Positions 20,968 through 29,456 of a stretch of 38,904 nucleotides of DNA are shown here, one piece after another (positions within the stretch are counted from its first letter, which is position 1; each line of letters opens with the position of its first letter). The notes beneath the pieces are model-generated. The model was not told the DNA's origin. It saw only the letters and a program-made list of their open reading frames with translations, and did no database searches. The stretch is taken from IMG/VR virus record IMGVR_UViG_3300030330_005386, positions 1 through 38,904 of that record; one strand, written 5' to 3'. Position numbers and translations under genes: made by a program. The DNA is from a virus.

Positions 20968-22928
20968 GATACTAAGTCCTCAATACCCAATGCTTTACCT
21001 ACCAGTCCTCTCATCTTGACACCAGAGGAAATTTTGAAAGTGGGAATATCATTATCTACCTGAGTGCTCGGTTGTTGTGCCGTTTGTTTCACTGCAGGCA
21101 AAACAATAATCTTAGATGAAGTAGGAGCGTTAGGTGTATCAATTCCAAGAAATTGTCGAATAGGTTTAAAAATAAAATCAAGATCAACTCCACTAAAGCG
21201 GTTATCTTCTTTCCTATTTGCAATCATTAGATCTATCAGATCCTTCCTTACTGCCTGTGCCCTATCATTAGAGTCAAAACCAGGACCCATACTTTCACCA
21301 ACACTATATGATGGTATGACATCATCCTTATTAGAAGCAGTTTCTAATTTAGTATCGTCTTCTTTTTTTGTAATTTTGCTACCCAAGTATTTTAATTCCT
21401 GAGGTAAAAATTCATTATAGTATTGTCCCCTTTGTTGTATATGATTATACCCACCATTAATAGATTTTGTGACTGCTCTAAGATCTCCTCTCGCTAATGC
21501 ACCTTTGTCAACATTCTCTTCCATAAAAGCAAAGGATGCCCTTGCTCCTATTTCTGGATCAAGCAGTAAATCGGGGTTATTTACTAAGTCTACACCAATC
21601 TTATTTCCAAAATGTCTATAGTTATCTTTACCAGTTAGTTGAATAAATCCTCTGCCTCTATACTTATATCCCTCACCTTCATTACCCATATAAGGCCCGT
21701 ACATGTAGTCAAAGAATGCTTTATCATTCATTTTTAACTTATTCAGTTCATCATCAGACATATCAATCTTTGGCCCATTAGGTGGTCCAAATATTGATCT
21801 GATGTGAGCTGCAGAACTTTGTGAGTGTCCTCGTTCAGCGACATTTTGGAAACCACTTTCTGCTTTAAATTGAGCAAGATACATTGCTCTTGTTTTTGCA
21901 TCGGTGATTCCTCTTCTATCCATTTCATCTCTAAGAGCTTGTACTACTCCTCCTCCACTATAACCGGAAACTAATCCAAACTTAGGACGATTAGTTCCAC
22001 CACCCGCTTTATTCATGGCCATCATGGTGTCTGCACCAAACATATTGACGGCACCACGACTCATGACAAACTCACCTGGTGTCAACATCGCTGGAACTGT
22101 ATCAGTTCCCATAGGCATCATCAATCCCCCCGCTGCAAACATTGGAATTAACATAGGAATTCCACCGGGGCCAGTTCTAGGTAAAGGAACAGTCTGTCCA
22201 GGCGTGTTGAACGTGCCAGGACTAGATGGTAGTCCTTTCTGTTGTTCAGGGGTGGCAAAATACTGTCCAAGAAATGGGAATCTCACTAACAAATTTTTAA
22301 AGTCCTCTAAAAACTTTTTAACTTGATCTACAGTACCTCTAAACCAATCAATAACTCCCTGAATCTTTTCTCTTGCCTCACGTAATTTTTCAGGAATTGA
22401 TCTAATAAAATTCTGAGCATCTTCTATATATTTTTTATTTTTAGGATTACCAAGAAATTCTGCAACAAACTTTACTAATTGTCCCAAAACGGTAAATCCT
22501 AAAAATCTTAAAATAGTGTCAAAAATATCTTGAATTTTTTTAACTGATTTTTTGATAACACCAGAATTGGCAAATAGTTTTTTACCTTCAATTCTTTTTT
22601 CTCTTTTTTCGCGCTTTACCTTAGCGTCTTTTTTTCTATCATAATCTTGTTCTTTCTTTTCTAATTCATTATCTGCCTTAATGACAGTAATAAGTTCATC
22701 AAGTTTTTCAATTAACTCTTTACTGGTATCCTCATCTTTAGGAATAAGTTTATATGGCTCAATCTTGACAACAACAGGAGGAGCACTAGGCAATCCAGGT
22801 GCTTGATATCTTTGCCCCTTCAAAGGGTTTGTAAAAGTTTTTCTTTTCAAAAACTTTTCAGTATCTATCTTCGCTCCTTTAGAGTCATCTTCTTCTCTGA
22901 TTGACTTTAAAAGATCGTCTAGATTCAT
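20964..22928 (-). CDS. Tape-measure-like tail protein with embedded GH19 (chitinase/lysozyme-like) domain
   Basis: AAGGLMMPMGTDTVPAMLTPGEFVMSRGAVNMFG tape-measure motif; AKTRAMYLAQFKAESGFQNVAE...YKYRGRGFIQLTGKDNYRHFG GH19 signature. Confidence 0.75.
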   Translation of the reverse strand: MNLDDLLKSIREEDDSKGAKIDTEKFLKRKTFTNPLKGQRYQAPGLPSAPPVVVKIEPYKLIPKDEDTSKELIEKLDELITVIKADNELEKKEQDYDRKKDAKVKREKREKRIEGKKLFANSGVIKKSVKKIQDIFDTILRFLGFTVLGQLVKFVAEFLGNPKNKKYIEDAQNFIRSIPEKLREAREKIQGVIDWFRGTVDQVKKFLEDFKNLLVRFPFLGQYFATPEQQKGLPSSPGTFNTPGQTVPLPRTGPGGIPMLIPMFAAGGLMMPMGTDTVPAMLTPGEFVMSRGAVNMFGADTMMAMNKAGGGTNRPKFGLVSGYSGGGVVQALRDEMDRRGITDAKTRAMYLAQFKAESGFQNVAERGHSQSSAAHIRSIFGPPNGPKIDMSDDELNKLKMNDKAFFDYMYGPYMGNEGEGYKYRGRGFIQLTGKDNYRHFGNKIGVDLVNNPDLLLDPEIGARASFAFMEENVDKGALARGDLRAVTKSINGGYNHIQQRGQYYNEFLPQELKYLGSKITKKEDDTKLETASNKDDVIPSYSVGESMGPGFDSNDRAQAVRKDLIDLMIANRKEDNRFSGVDLDFIFKPIRQFLGIDTPNAPTSSKIIVLPAVKQTAQQPSTQVDNDIPTFKISSGVKMRGLVGKALGIEDLVS

Positions 22929-23095
22929 TACCCTTGCTGCTGTTGCATCTTAAGTTTCTCTTCTTCCAAATGAGATCTTAGGAGTTCAACATAAACGTCT
23001 CTCTCCCAAGGCATCATGTTTTCTATCTCTGTTAATGAGTATTTATGGAACTGAATCAAAGAAAAATTTAACTTATAGTAACTCTCCAAATTCAT
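22928..23095 (-). CDS. Small baseplate-hub-assembly-type protein (gp51-like position); absent from ORF track
   Basis: MNLESYYKLNFSLIQFHKYSLTEIENMMPWERDVYVELLRSHLEEEKLKMQQQQG* ; stop overlaps next ATG by 1 nt; fills the gap between gp26-like and tape-measure-like genes. Confidence 0.75.
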   Translation of the reverse strand: MNLESYYKLNFSLIQFHKYSLTEIENMMPWERDVYVELLRSHLEEEKLKMQQQQG

Positions 23096-23106
23096 ATGGG
23101 AGAGTG

Positions 23107-23826
23107 CTACGCGAAAAAACTTGCCAGTCCCTCCAGAGTTACTTTACTTTTCTTTTTAGTTTTAGGATTAATTACCTGAACTTCATGAGACAGTTTAGGC
23201 ATCGTAGAAAAGAATGACTCAATATCTTTAAACTGAGCAGAGTTCATCTGCTCCAAAAATTCTGTGACTTCTTTTTTTGTAAAGTCATCAGTTGTCCATG
23301 CTTCGTCTGCAGAATATACCTTATCAATACAAGACGCAATCAATTCAAACGACTGATCTACTTGACTATCCTTTGAGAATTCAAAGTTACTCTTAACAAA
23401 TTGATCAAGTGATGGATACTTCATTTCCATCATCAAATTGTCATCAATTTTAATTTGATTGGAGTGATTCTTATCTTTGGTTACCTTGATATCATCAATA
23501 TTAATCTGCACTTCAGCATAAGTCTCTCCATCATCAGGACAAAGGACACTTACCTCAATGTCTTCACCGACAGATTTACCTCGAATATTCAGGAACAGAT
23601 ATTCGATATCAAAAGTAGGAAGAGACTCCACTTTGACACCGCGAGTCTGAATACAATCCTTGAGGACTGCTTTAATAGCATTAGTGATTTCTTTTGAGTC
23701 GTCACTCTCAAGTGCAAGAACTAATAACTTTTCTTCTTTAACAAGGAAAGGACGAAACTTGATTGTTTTTCCAGTCGAAGGCAACTCCAACTCGTAAGTT
23801 GGTGTTGAAATTTTTGGTAAAGGCAT
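23107..23826 (-). CDS. 26: Baseplate hub subunit, T4 gp26 family
   Basis: 239 aa; FRPFLVKEEKLLVLALESDDSKEITNAIKAVLKDC... DIEYLFLNIRGKSVGE typical of T4 gp26-family proteins. Confidence 0.85.
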   Translation of the reverse strand: MPLPKISTPTYELELPSTGKTIKFRPFLVKEEKLLVLALESDDSKEITNAIKAVLKDCIQTRGVKVESLPTFDIEYLFLNIRGKSVGEDIEVSVLCPDDGETYAEVQINIDDIKVTKDKNHSNQIKIDDNLMMEMKYPSLDQFVKSNFEFSKDSQVDQSFELIASCIDKVYSADEAWTTDDFTKKEVTEFLEQMNSAQFKDIESFFSTMPKLSHEVQVINPKTKKKSKVTLEGLASFFA

Positions 23827-23847
23827 GATATGTTATTCAGTATGAGT

Positions 23848-23855
23848 ATTTATCT
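23848..23855 (-). promoter_or_regulatory. T4-type late promoter (GATAAATA)
   Basis: Minus-strand GATAAATA ~22 bp upstream of gp26-like ATG. Confidence 0.5.
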
Positions 23856-24473
23856 CTCTCCGCTAATTATATAGCGTGAGAAGTTAAAGTTTACAGTGCA
23901 AAGAAGTATTTGTGATGCGTCATAATTGACTGGCATCTGATTGATTGAGATAGGATATGCATTGACAAATTTATATTGCAAATCCCTTCCTTTGTAATCT
24001 CTTTCAAATTTTCTAATAAAAATTTCACTCTTATATTCATTAGGAAAGTTTACTCTATAATTGTAACTATCTCTTGCATCTCCTGATCCATCCTCATTTA
24101 CAATAAAAGAAATCCAGTTCTCAAAGAAGTGAATTATATCATACTTTTCATCTACATAAAAAGTGAATGATGAAGTTGTATCATATTGTCTTCTATAAGC
24201 GTGCCTCTCAGTTACACCAGTATGATCATTATCAAGAGTATGAGTTGCTAAAGAACTTCCAGGAAGTGCTGCTTCTCTACAAGATAGAGTTACTTTTTCA
24301 TCTACAGTATAATTATATCCACTACCAAGATCAAATCCTCTTCTTCTATTCATCCAAGAACGAACAGCAGGAGGTGGATTGAAGTGACACTCATATGTTG
24401 AAGTAAGAGAAGGATTCAATATGTTTGCCTTTAAATCAGCAACATTCCTTGCTCTTGGTTTTGGCGTTGCCAT
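23850..24473 (-). CDS. Tail tube-fold / baseplate tube initiator protein (gp54/gp19 family-like)
   Basis: 207 aa; CREAALPGSSLATHTLDNDHTGVTERHAYRRQYDTTSSFTFYVDEKYDIIHFFENWISFI resembles cyanophage tail-tube-like proteins. Confidence 0.6.
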   Translation of the reverse strand: MATPKPRARNVADLKANILNPSLTSTYECHFNPPPAVRSWMNRRRGFDLGSGYNYTVDEKVTLSCREAALPGSSLATHTLDNDHTGVTERHAYRRQYDTTSSFTFYVDEKYDIIHFFENWISFIVNEDGSGDARDSYNYRVNFPNEYKSEIFIRKFERDYKGRDLQYKFVNAYPISINQMPVNYDASQILLCTVNFNFSRYIISGER

Positions 24474-24502
24474 CTAAATAGTTTTTACCGTATATATTAT
24501 GT

Positions 24503-24964
24503 ATGGGAGTTAGCAAGAAAAGTATTTACCGTCCCACTAATCCACAGAAATACAAAGGTAATGTAAACAATATAATATGTCGTAGTAACTGGGAGAGACA
24601 GTTCTGCGTGTGGTGTGACAAGACTGATGCTATTCTTGAGTGGGGAAGTGAAGAGTTTTTTATCCCATATCTTTCACCAGTTGACAGGAGAGTTCATCGT
24701 TACTTCCCAGATTTTATTATCAAAGTGAGAGAAAGCAGTGGTGAAGTGAAGACTTATGTTATTGAAGTAAAACCTAAGAGAGAAACTACTCCACCTACTG
24801 TTGGTAGAAAGCAAAGAAAGACATTAATTAGAGAGAGCACAACCTACGCTATCAATCAAGCAAAGTGGAAAGCGGCTCGTGAGTGGTGTGCAGACAGAAG
24901 AATCGAATTCAAGATCATCACCGAAGACGAATTAGGTATCCGAACTTATGGCAAGAAGAGCTAG
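24503..24964 (+). CDS. 4: Head completion protein gp4 (TnsA-like endonuclease fold)
   Basis: CRSNWERQFCVWCD...FFIPYLSPVDRRVHRYFPDFIIKV...TYVIEVKPKRET. Confidence 0.85.
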   Translation: MGVSKKSIYRPTNPQKYKGNVNNIICRSNWERQFCVWCDKTDAILEWGSEEFFIPYLSPVDRRVHRYFPDFIIKVRESSGEVKTYVIEVKPKRETTPPTVGRKQRKTLIRESTTYAINQAKWKAAREWCADRRIEFKIITEDELGIRTYGKKS

Positions 24965-25442
24965 ACGTAGAAGATCAGGTGGCCCTTCTTATGAAGAGGT
25001 ATTAGCACAGATTGATGCTAAAGAAGCAGAGAAAAAATTAAAGCGAGAAGAAAAACAATCTGCTGATGAATTTCAATTTGAAGAACAAGTAGGTGACAAT
25101 CGTATCGAACCTGTCAAGGATTCCATAAGAGACATAGGTGATCCTGAGGATATGATGGTTGAAATTATGAGTGTTCTAAATGAAACTGTAATCATTCCTG
25201 ATCCTGGTGAAGTATACACCTATGTCTACAATGCCAAGACACCAAAACTTAAATACGATCAGCACCCTCTAGTTGCTGTGTCTGGTGTGTACCAGTGGGG
25301 GTTCAGTGGACTAAACTTTCACTGGAATGAAGTAAGAAACTACACTTGGAATGAGATACCAGGCAGACTGCACCTTGTTAGAGCGAGTGAACTTCAATCT
25401 CTTCTTGATATACCCTACGCATATTATCTCACCAACCTCTGA
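24948..25442 (+). CDS. Conserved cyanophage protein of unknown function
   Basis: 164 aa between gp4 and gp48, same strand, overlapping gp4 end. Confidence 0.55.
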   Translation: MARRARRRRSGGPSYEEVLAQIDAKEAEKKLKREEKQSADEFQFEEQVGDNRIEPVKDSIRDIGDPEDMMVEIMSVLNETVIIPDPGEVYTYVYNAKTPKLKYDQHPLVAVSGVYQWGFSGLNFHWNEVRNYTWNEIPGRLHLVRASELQSLLDIPYAYYLTNL

Positions 25443-25448
25443 TAAATA
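25441..25448 (+). promoter_or_regulatory. T4-type late promoter (GATAAATA)
   Basis: GATAAATA overlapping the preceding stop codon, ~20 bp upstream of gp48 ATG at 25468. Confidence 0.6.
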
Positions 25449-25467
25449 GAAAAAAGTTCTGACTATA

Positions 25468-26862
25468 ATGTCTGCACAAGAAGCTACGAGTGAAATTACA
25501 ATAAAAAATGTAGACGGTTCTGATAGTCAATTTAGAACTATTACTACGCATGAAAATGGAAAGATAGAAAAAACCGTTATTCAACAATCTATTAGTGAGG
25601 ATGAATATAACAAATTAGATAGTAAATTACAAGGTGGATCGTCTAATGGTGTCTTTTTTCAAAAAATAAGGACAGATGTTCGAGATGGCGCACGAACATA
25701 CACACCTAATGCATCTAGAGCAGTTCAAAAATTATTAGAGGATCCAAAAACAAAATTTAAAAGAACATTAGATGAAGCATCAGTTGAGGCTGTTCAATTA
25801 CAAGATCCAAATTTAAAAACCTATGCTTTATATGCTCAATATCCCAGTCTTGAAAATATTGCATTAGATCCAGACACTCTAACCCCATCGGGAAGTGGAG
25901 ATGCTCCTGTCGGTGAGGGATTTGGTGCAGAAAATACAAACTTTCAATTAGAATCTTTTGAAGTTGCTGCCAAAAACAGAAAAGATAATTATGGAAATTT
26001 ATATTATCCAGAAGACATTACAACAAATAAACAAGATAGAGTTGTTTTTAAAATGTTCTACCAGTCAGGTAGAGATTTAAATTTTTCTCTAGAGAGAGGT
26101 GATAATCTCTTCACTTTTGGAGAGAGAAAAATATCTAACACTCTTGGAACCGTTACACTTCCTATTCAAAGTGGAATTCGAGACGAAAATTCAGTCTCAT
26201 ATCAAGAAGGAACCTTGAACCCCGTTATCGGTGCTCTTGCGTCTGTTTCATTAGATCCCGTTACAGCATTCTCACAAGCTGCATCTCTTCTTAATAAAGA
26301 TGTTGATGAAATACAAGATGCTCTCAATACTCCTGCATCTCAAAATGTAATTAATGTGTTAAGAACATATCTTGCACAAAGTGCGGTTGGAGCAGAAGGA
26401 TTGATACCCAGAACAACAGGAGCAATTCTTAATCCAAATATAGAGTTGTTACTTAAAGCACCAAACTTAAGATCATTTACATTTAATTTTAGAATGAGTG
26501 CCAGAAGTAGAACAGAGGCACAACAAATTAGGAAGATTATCAGATTCTTTAAACAGGGAATGAGTGTTAAGAGATCTACTTCTTCTCTCTTTATACTAAC
26601 TCCCAATCTGTTTAATATTCAATACCTTGCTGCAGGGGAAGGGAACATTTTAAGAGATCATCCATCTATTGGTAAAATTAAAAATTGTGCTCTGACTGCG
26701 ATAAATACACAATATACTCCTGATGGAACTTATATGACATTTGATGACGAAGCAAGATCAATGACTTCGTATAACATTCAAATGCAGTTTAAGGAATTAG
26801 AACCCTTGACTGAAACTGATTACGCTGAAACAGCAGCAAGAGAAGACTCAATAGGTTACTAA
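25468..26862 (+). CDS. 48: Baseplate tail tube cap gp48
   Basis: 464 aa; C-terminal LTAINTQYTPDGTYMTFDDEARSMTSYNIQMQFKELEPLTETDY typical; adjacent to gp53. Confidence 0.8.
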   Translation: MSAQEATSEITIKNVDGSDSQFRTITTHENGKIEKTVIQQSISEDEYNKLDSKLQGGSSNGVFFQKIRTDVRDGARTYTPNASRAVQKLLEDPKTKFKRTLDEASVEAVQLQDPNLKTYALYAQYPSLENIALDPDTLTPSGSGDAPVGEGFGAENTNFQLESFEVAAKNRKDNYGNLYYPEDITTNKQDRVVFKMFYQSGRDLNFSLERGDNLFTFGERKISNTLGTVTLPIQSGIRDENSVSYQEGTLNPVIGALASVSLDPVTAFSQAASLLNKDVDEIQDALNTPASQNVINVLRTYLAQSAVGAEGLIPRTTGAILNPNIELLLKAPNLRSFTFNFRMSARSRTEAQQIRKIIRFFKQGMSVKRSTSSLFILTPNLFNIQYLAAGEGNILRDHPSIGKIKNCALTAINTQYTPDGTYMTFDDEARSMTSYNIQMQFKELEPLTETDYAETAAREDSIGY

Positions 26863-27530
26863 TGGCAAGTTATTTTAGGCAAGTCCCAGACTTTGATTAT
26901 GTCAACAGAGATTCTGATGGCAAAAGTATTGGTGACTATCAGGTTGTAAAAAACCTTTTCAAGAGAGTCAAGATCCGTCAGGATATCCTTGAGAACTTAG
27001 CATACTTTACTCAATACAAAATCACAGGCGATGATCGTCCTGATAATGTTGCCTTTGAAATTTATGGCGATGAATCTTTTGATTGGTTAGTGCTTCTCTC
27101 CAACAATATAATGAGCGTTCAGACAGAATGGCCTTTGAGTCAAGCAGCATTCAATGACTTTCTAATTAAAAAATATGGAAGTATTGAAAAGACTAATAAC
27201 ATTCATCACTATGAAACAAGAGAACTTAAAAATGACAGAGGTGAGATTGTCGTTCGTAAAGGTTTGAATGTTCCTAAGAATTACAAAGTAGAATACTTTG
27301 ATACAAGAAAAAATCAATATGTTGTTAGAACGAATGAAGTTGATGCAGTCACACACTACACCTATGAAGTTCGTAGGGAAGAGGCAAAGAGAAATATTTA
27401 CTTACTGAAGGCAGATTATATTGAACTAGTATTAGATGATGTACAAAGGTTGATGCCATATAAAAAAGGTTCTGCTCAGTATGTGAACAGAACCCTGAAA
27501 AAAGGTGAAGATATTAGATTGTTTAATTAA
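26862..27530 (+). CDS. 53: Baseplate wedge subunit gp53
   Basis: YQVVKNLFKRVKIRQDILENLAYFTQYKITGDDRPDNVAFEIYGDESFDWLVLLSNNI matches gp53 family pattern. Confidence 0.85.
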   Translation: MASYFRQVPDFDYVNRDSDGKSIGDYQVVKNLFKRVKIRQDILENLAYFTQYKITGDDRPDNVAFEIYGDESFDWLVLLSNNIMSVQTEWPLSQAAFNDFLIKKYGSIEKTNNIHHYETRELKNDRGEIVVRKGLNVPKNYKVEYFDTRKNQYVVRTNEVDAVTHYTYEVRREEAKRNIYLLKADYIELVLDDVQRLMPYKKGSAQYVNRTLKKGEDIRLFN

Positions 27531-28471
27531 CTCTCTGCCAGTTTCTGGAAGTAGGAGAGTGCATCGTCTTCATCATCATCCTTAGATGCAACTGGGGTAG
27601 ATGCAGTGATGTCAGGAGAGTTGAAGTCAGGCTTAGAGCGTGACAGAGACTCTTGAATCTGACGCTCTGCAGATTCTTTTGCTGCATAGTCATCATACTC
27701 AGTCTCTTCATCAGCAGGAGAAGGAGTACGAGACTTCTGTCCCAGGACATACTTGAGACGACGCTCAAGATCTTCATAGGACTTGAACTGATCTTCAGCA
27801 GTCAGTCCAGCAAGAGAGTATTGCTTCTTCCAGATTGCTTCCATAGCATCATCATCGCTCAGCAGAGGAGCAGGTGCTTCAAACTCAGACTTATCATAGT
27901 TCCAGTAACCATCCTTCTTGACAATCTTCAGTTTGAAGTTTGCACCTTGCCAAAAGTCAAAAGGATTGATGGGAGTTTCATCTTCAAACTCAGGTTGCAT
28001 TGCTTCCATGATCTTGTCAAAGATCTTCTTACCGAACTTGTAGAGGAAGACACTACCTTCGTTGTGAGGATTGGTAGGATCTTTCACAACATAGACGTTT
28101 GCATAGTAAGACAGTTTACGCTTCTGCTTACGAACAACATCTTTGTTAGATTCAATACCGCTGTTCCACAGTTCGCGGTTGTGCTCTGACACAGGATCTT
28201 TCTGCCCCAGCGTTGTCAGAGAGTTCTCGATGTACCAACCACCAGGGCCTTGGAAGGCGTGGGAATACATCTTTGCCCAAGGGAGATCTTCTCCTTCAGG
28301 GGCAGGGAGGAAACGGAGTACAGCGAAACCGTTACCAACTTTATCGACTTCGGGTTTCCAAAGACGATCATCGCCTCCACTAGCGGTGTTGTTCATCTTC
28401 TCAACTTCCTTGACAAGTTTGGAAGTCAGAGAACCGATAGAGGATTGCTTTTTGAGATCAGAAAAGGACAT
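27527..28471 (-). CDS. 32: Single-stranded DNA-binding protein gp32
   Basis: MSFSDLKKQSSIGSLTSKLVKEVEKM...RFLPAPEGEDLPWAKMYSHAFQGPGGWYIENSLTTLGQKDPVSEHN...VVRKQKRKLSYYANVYVVKDP; acidic C-terminus. Confidence 0.95.
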   Translation of the reverse strand: MSFSDLKKQSSIGSLTSKLVKEVEKMNNTASGGDDRLWKPEVDKVGNGFAVLRFLPAPEGEDLPWAKMYSHAFQGPGGWYIENSLTTLGQKDPVSEHNRELWNSGIESNKDVVRKQKRKLSYYANVYVVKDPTNPHNEGSVFLYKFGKKIFDKIMEAMQPEFEDETPINPFDFWQGANFKLKIVKKDGYWNYDKSEFEAPAPLLSDDDAMEAIWKKQYSLAGLTAEDQFKSYEDLERRLKYVLGQKSRTPSPADEETEYDDYAAKESAERQIQESLSRSKPDFNSPDITASTPVASKDDDEDDALSYFQKLAES

Positions 28472-28512
28472 TGTTCTTGTATTAGTGGGATTTGGCTTTT
28501 GGGTACTTCGTT

Positions 28513-28541
28513 ATTCTACACGTCCGAACCCTGGGTGTCAA
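28513..28541 (-). promoter_or_regulatory. Sigma70-like promoter upstream of gp32
   Basis: Minus strand TTGACA-N17-TAGAAT ending ~42 bp upstream of the gp32 ATG; overlaps the 3' end of the upstream ORF. Confidence 0.65.
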
Positions 28542-28860
28542 TCTGCTGCTTCATGGCGTCGAGCATCTTTCCCATATTAGAAAAGATGACACTGATGTCA
28601 ACGTCTTTCGGCAGCCCCATCATTGTAGCAGATTCTACGATGCGAGATTTCATCATCTTGGCTTCGGGATCATCAGACAAACTCAATCTCGTATAGAGAA
28701 TCTTTTGCTTGTCCAGCAGTTTCTCTAGAAGCGCAACATGGAATTTCTTCTCCTCTTTATTCATGGAGGGGAATTTAAAAACATTACTGTAAACTTCTTC
28801 CTGAAGTTCTTGAATCTCCGTCATTTCTGCACGGACAACTTCGGAATCAAAAAAACTCAT
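28516..28860 (-). CDS. DUF1825-like protein (cyanobacterial host family)
   Basis: MSFFDSEVVRAEMTEIQELQEEVY...MNKEEKKFHVALLEKLLDKQKILYTRLSLSDD resembles cyanobacterial DUF1825 proteins. Confidence 0.65.
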   Translation of the reverse strand: MSFFDSEVVRAEMTEIQELQEEVYSNVFKFPSMNKEEKKFHVALLEKLLDKQKILYTRLSLSDDPEAKMMKSRIVESATMMGLPKDVDISVIFSNMGKMLDAMKQQIDTQGSDV

Positions 28861-29456
28861 GCTTCTCCTAAAACTACTTCCTTAAGTATTTTTTTGTAAC
28901 GAAATACATCAATATTTAGGAAGGGTGTATACTTTCTTATTTTCAAACTTACGGATGTCCACACTGGATCAGTAAGTTGTTTGTCCCAGTTCGTTTTATA
29001 ACCAAGGATAAGATTCAAGATCACCATGGTTTCGATGGACACATTACCTCTCAGATATTCTTTGAGAATTTGTGGGTGTCTCGATCCATCCAAGGCAAAC
29101 ATTGAATCAAAGTTATTGTCACCAAATACTTTATCAGTCTCTTCCTTAAACAAATAGGATAGAGACTGAGTACGTTTTTTCCATGACATGTATCTATCTT
29201 CACCCTCTCGGATCATCTCTCCGATCCAAAGTTTTGCTGGATCAGTACAGTCGATGAAGTTAGATACAAAAAATTCGATTACTTCTTTGTCTGATTTGTT
29301 TCTAGCAAGTTTCTCAAACCAGAAGCGATCCTTTCGTTTGTAAAACGATTTTACTGTAGCACGACTCTTACCACAGTACTTATGATAATCATACTTCTCT
29401 TTAGTAAAGTGATTCTTTAAAGAGAGGTATGATTTATAGGCATCAAACGGCATCAC
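28857..29456 (-). CDS. 59: Loader of gp41 DNA helicase, gp59
   Basis: AYKSYLSLKNHFTKEKYDYHKYCGKSRATVKSFYKRKDRFWFEKLARNKSDKEVIEFFVSNF matches T4 gp59 pattern. Confidence 0.85.
   Translation of the reverse strand: MMPFDAYKSYLSLKNHFTKEKYDYHKYCGKSRATVKSFYKRKDRFWFEKLARNKSDKEVIEFFVSNFIDCTDPAKLWIGEMIREGEDRYMSWKKRTQSLSYLFKEETDKVFGDNNFDSMFALDGSRHPQILKEYLRGNVSIETMVILNLILGYKTNWDKQLTDPVWTSVSLKIRKYTPFLNIDVFRYKKILKEVVLGEA

Noticed and set aside
23040-23047. CATAAATA late-promoter-like match
   Set aside because: It is inside the 55-aa ORF and more than 100 bp from the next start, so likely chance.
28516-28860. Initial assignment as gp33 because it lies between gp59 and gp32
   Set aside because: Sequence resembles DUF1825 instead, and the 30038-30295 product matches the gp33 pattern (MSYxxAxxxFxExNSI...).
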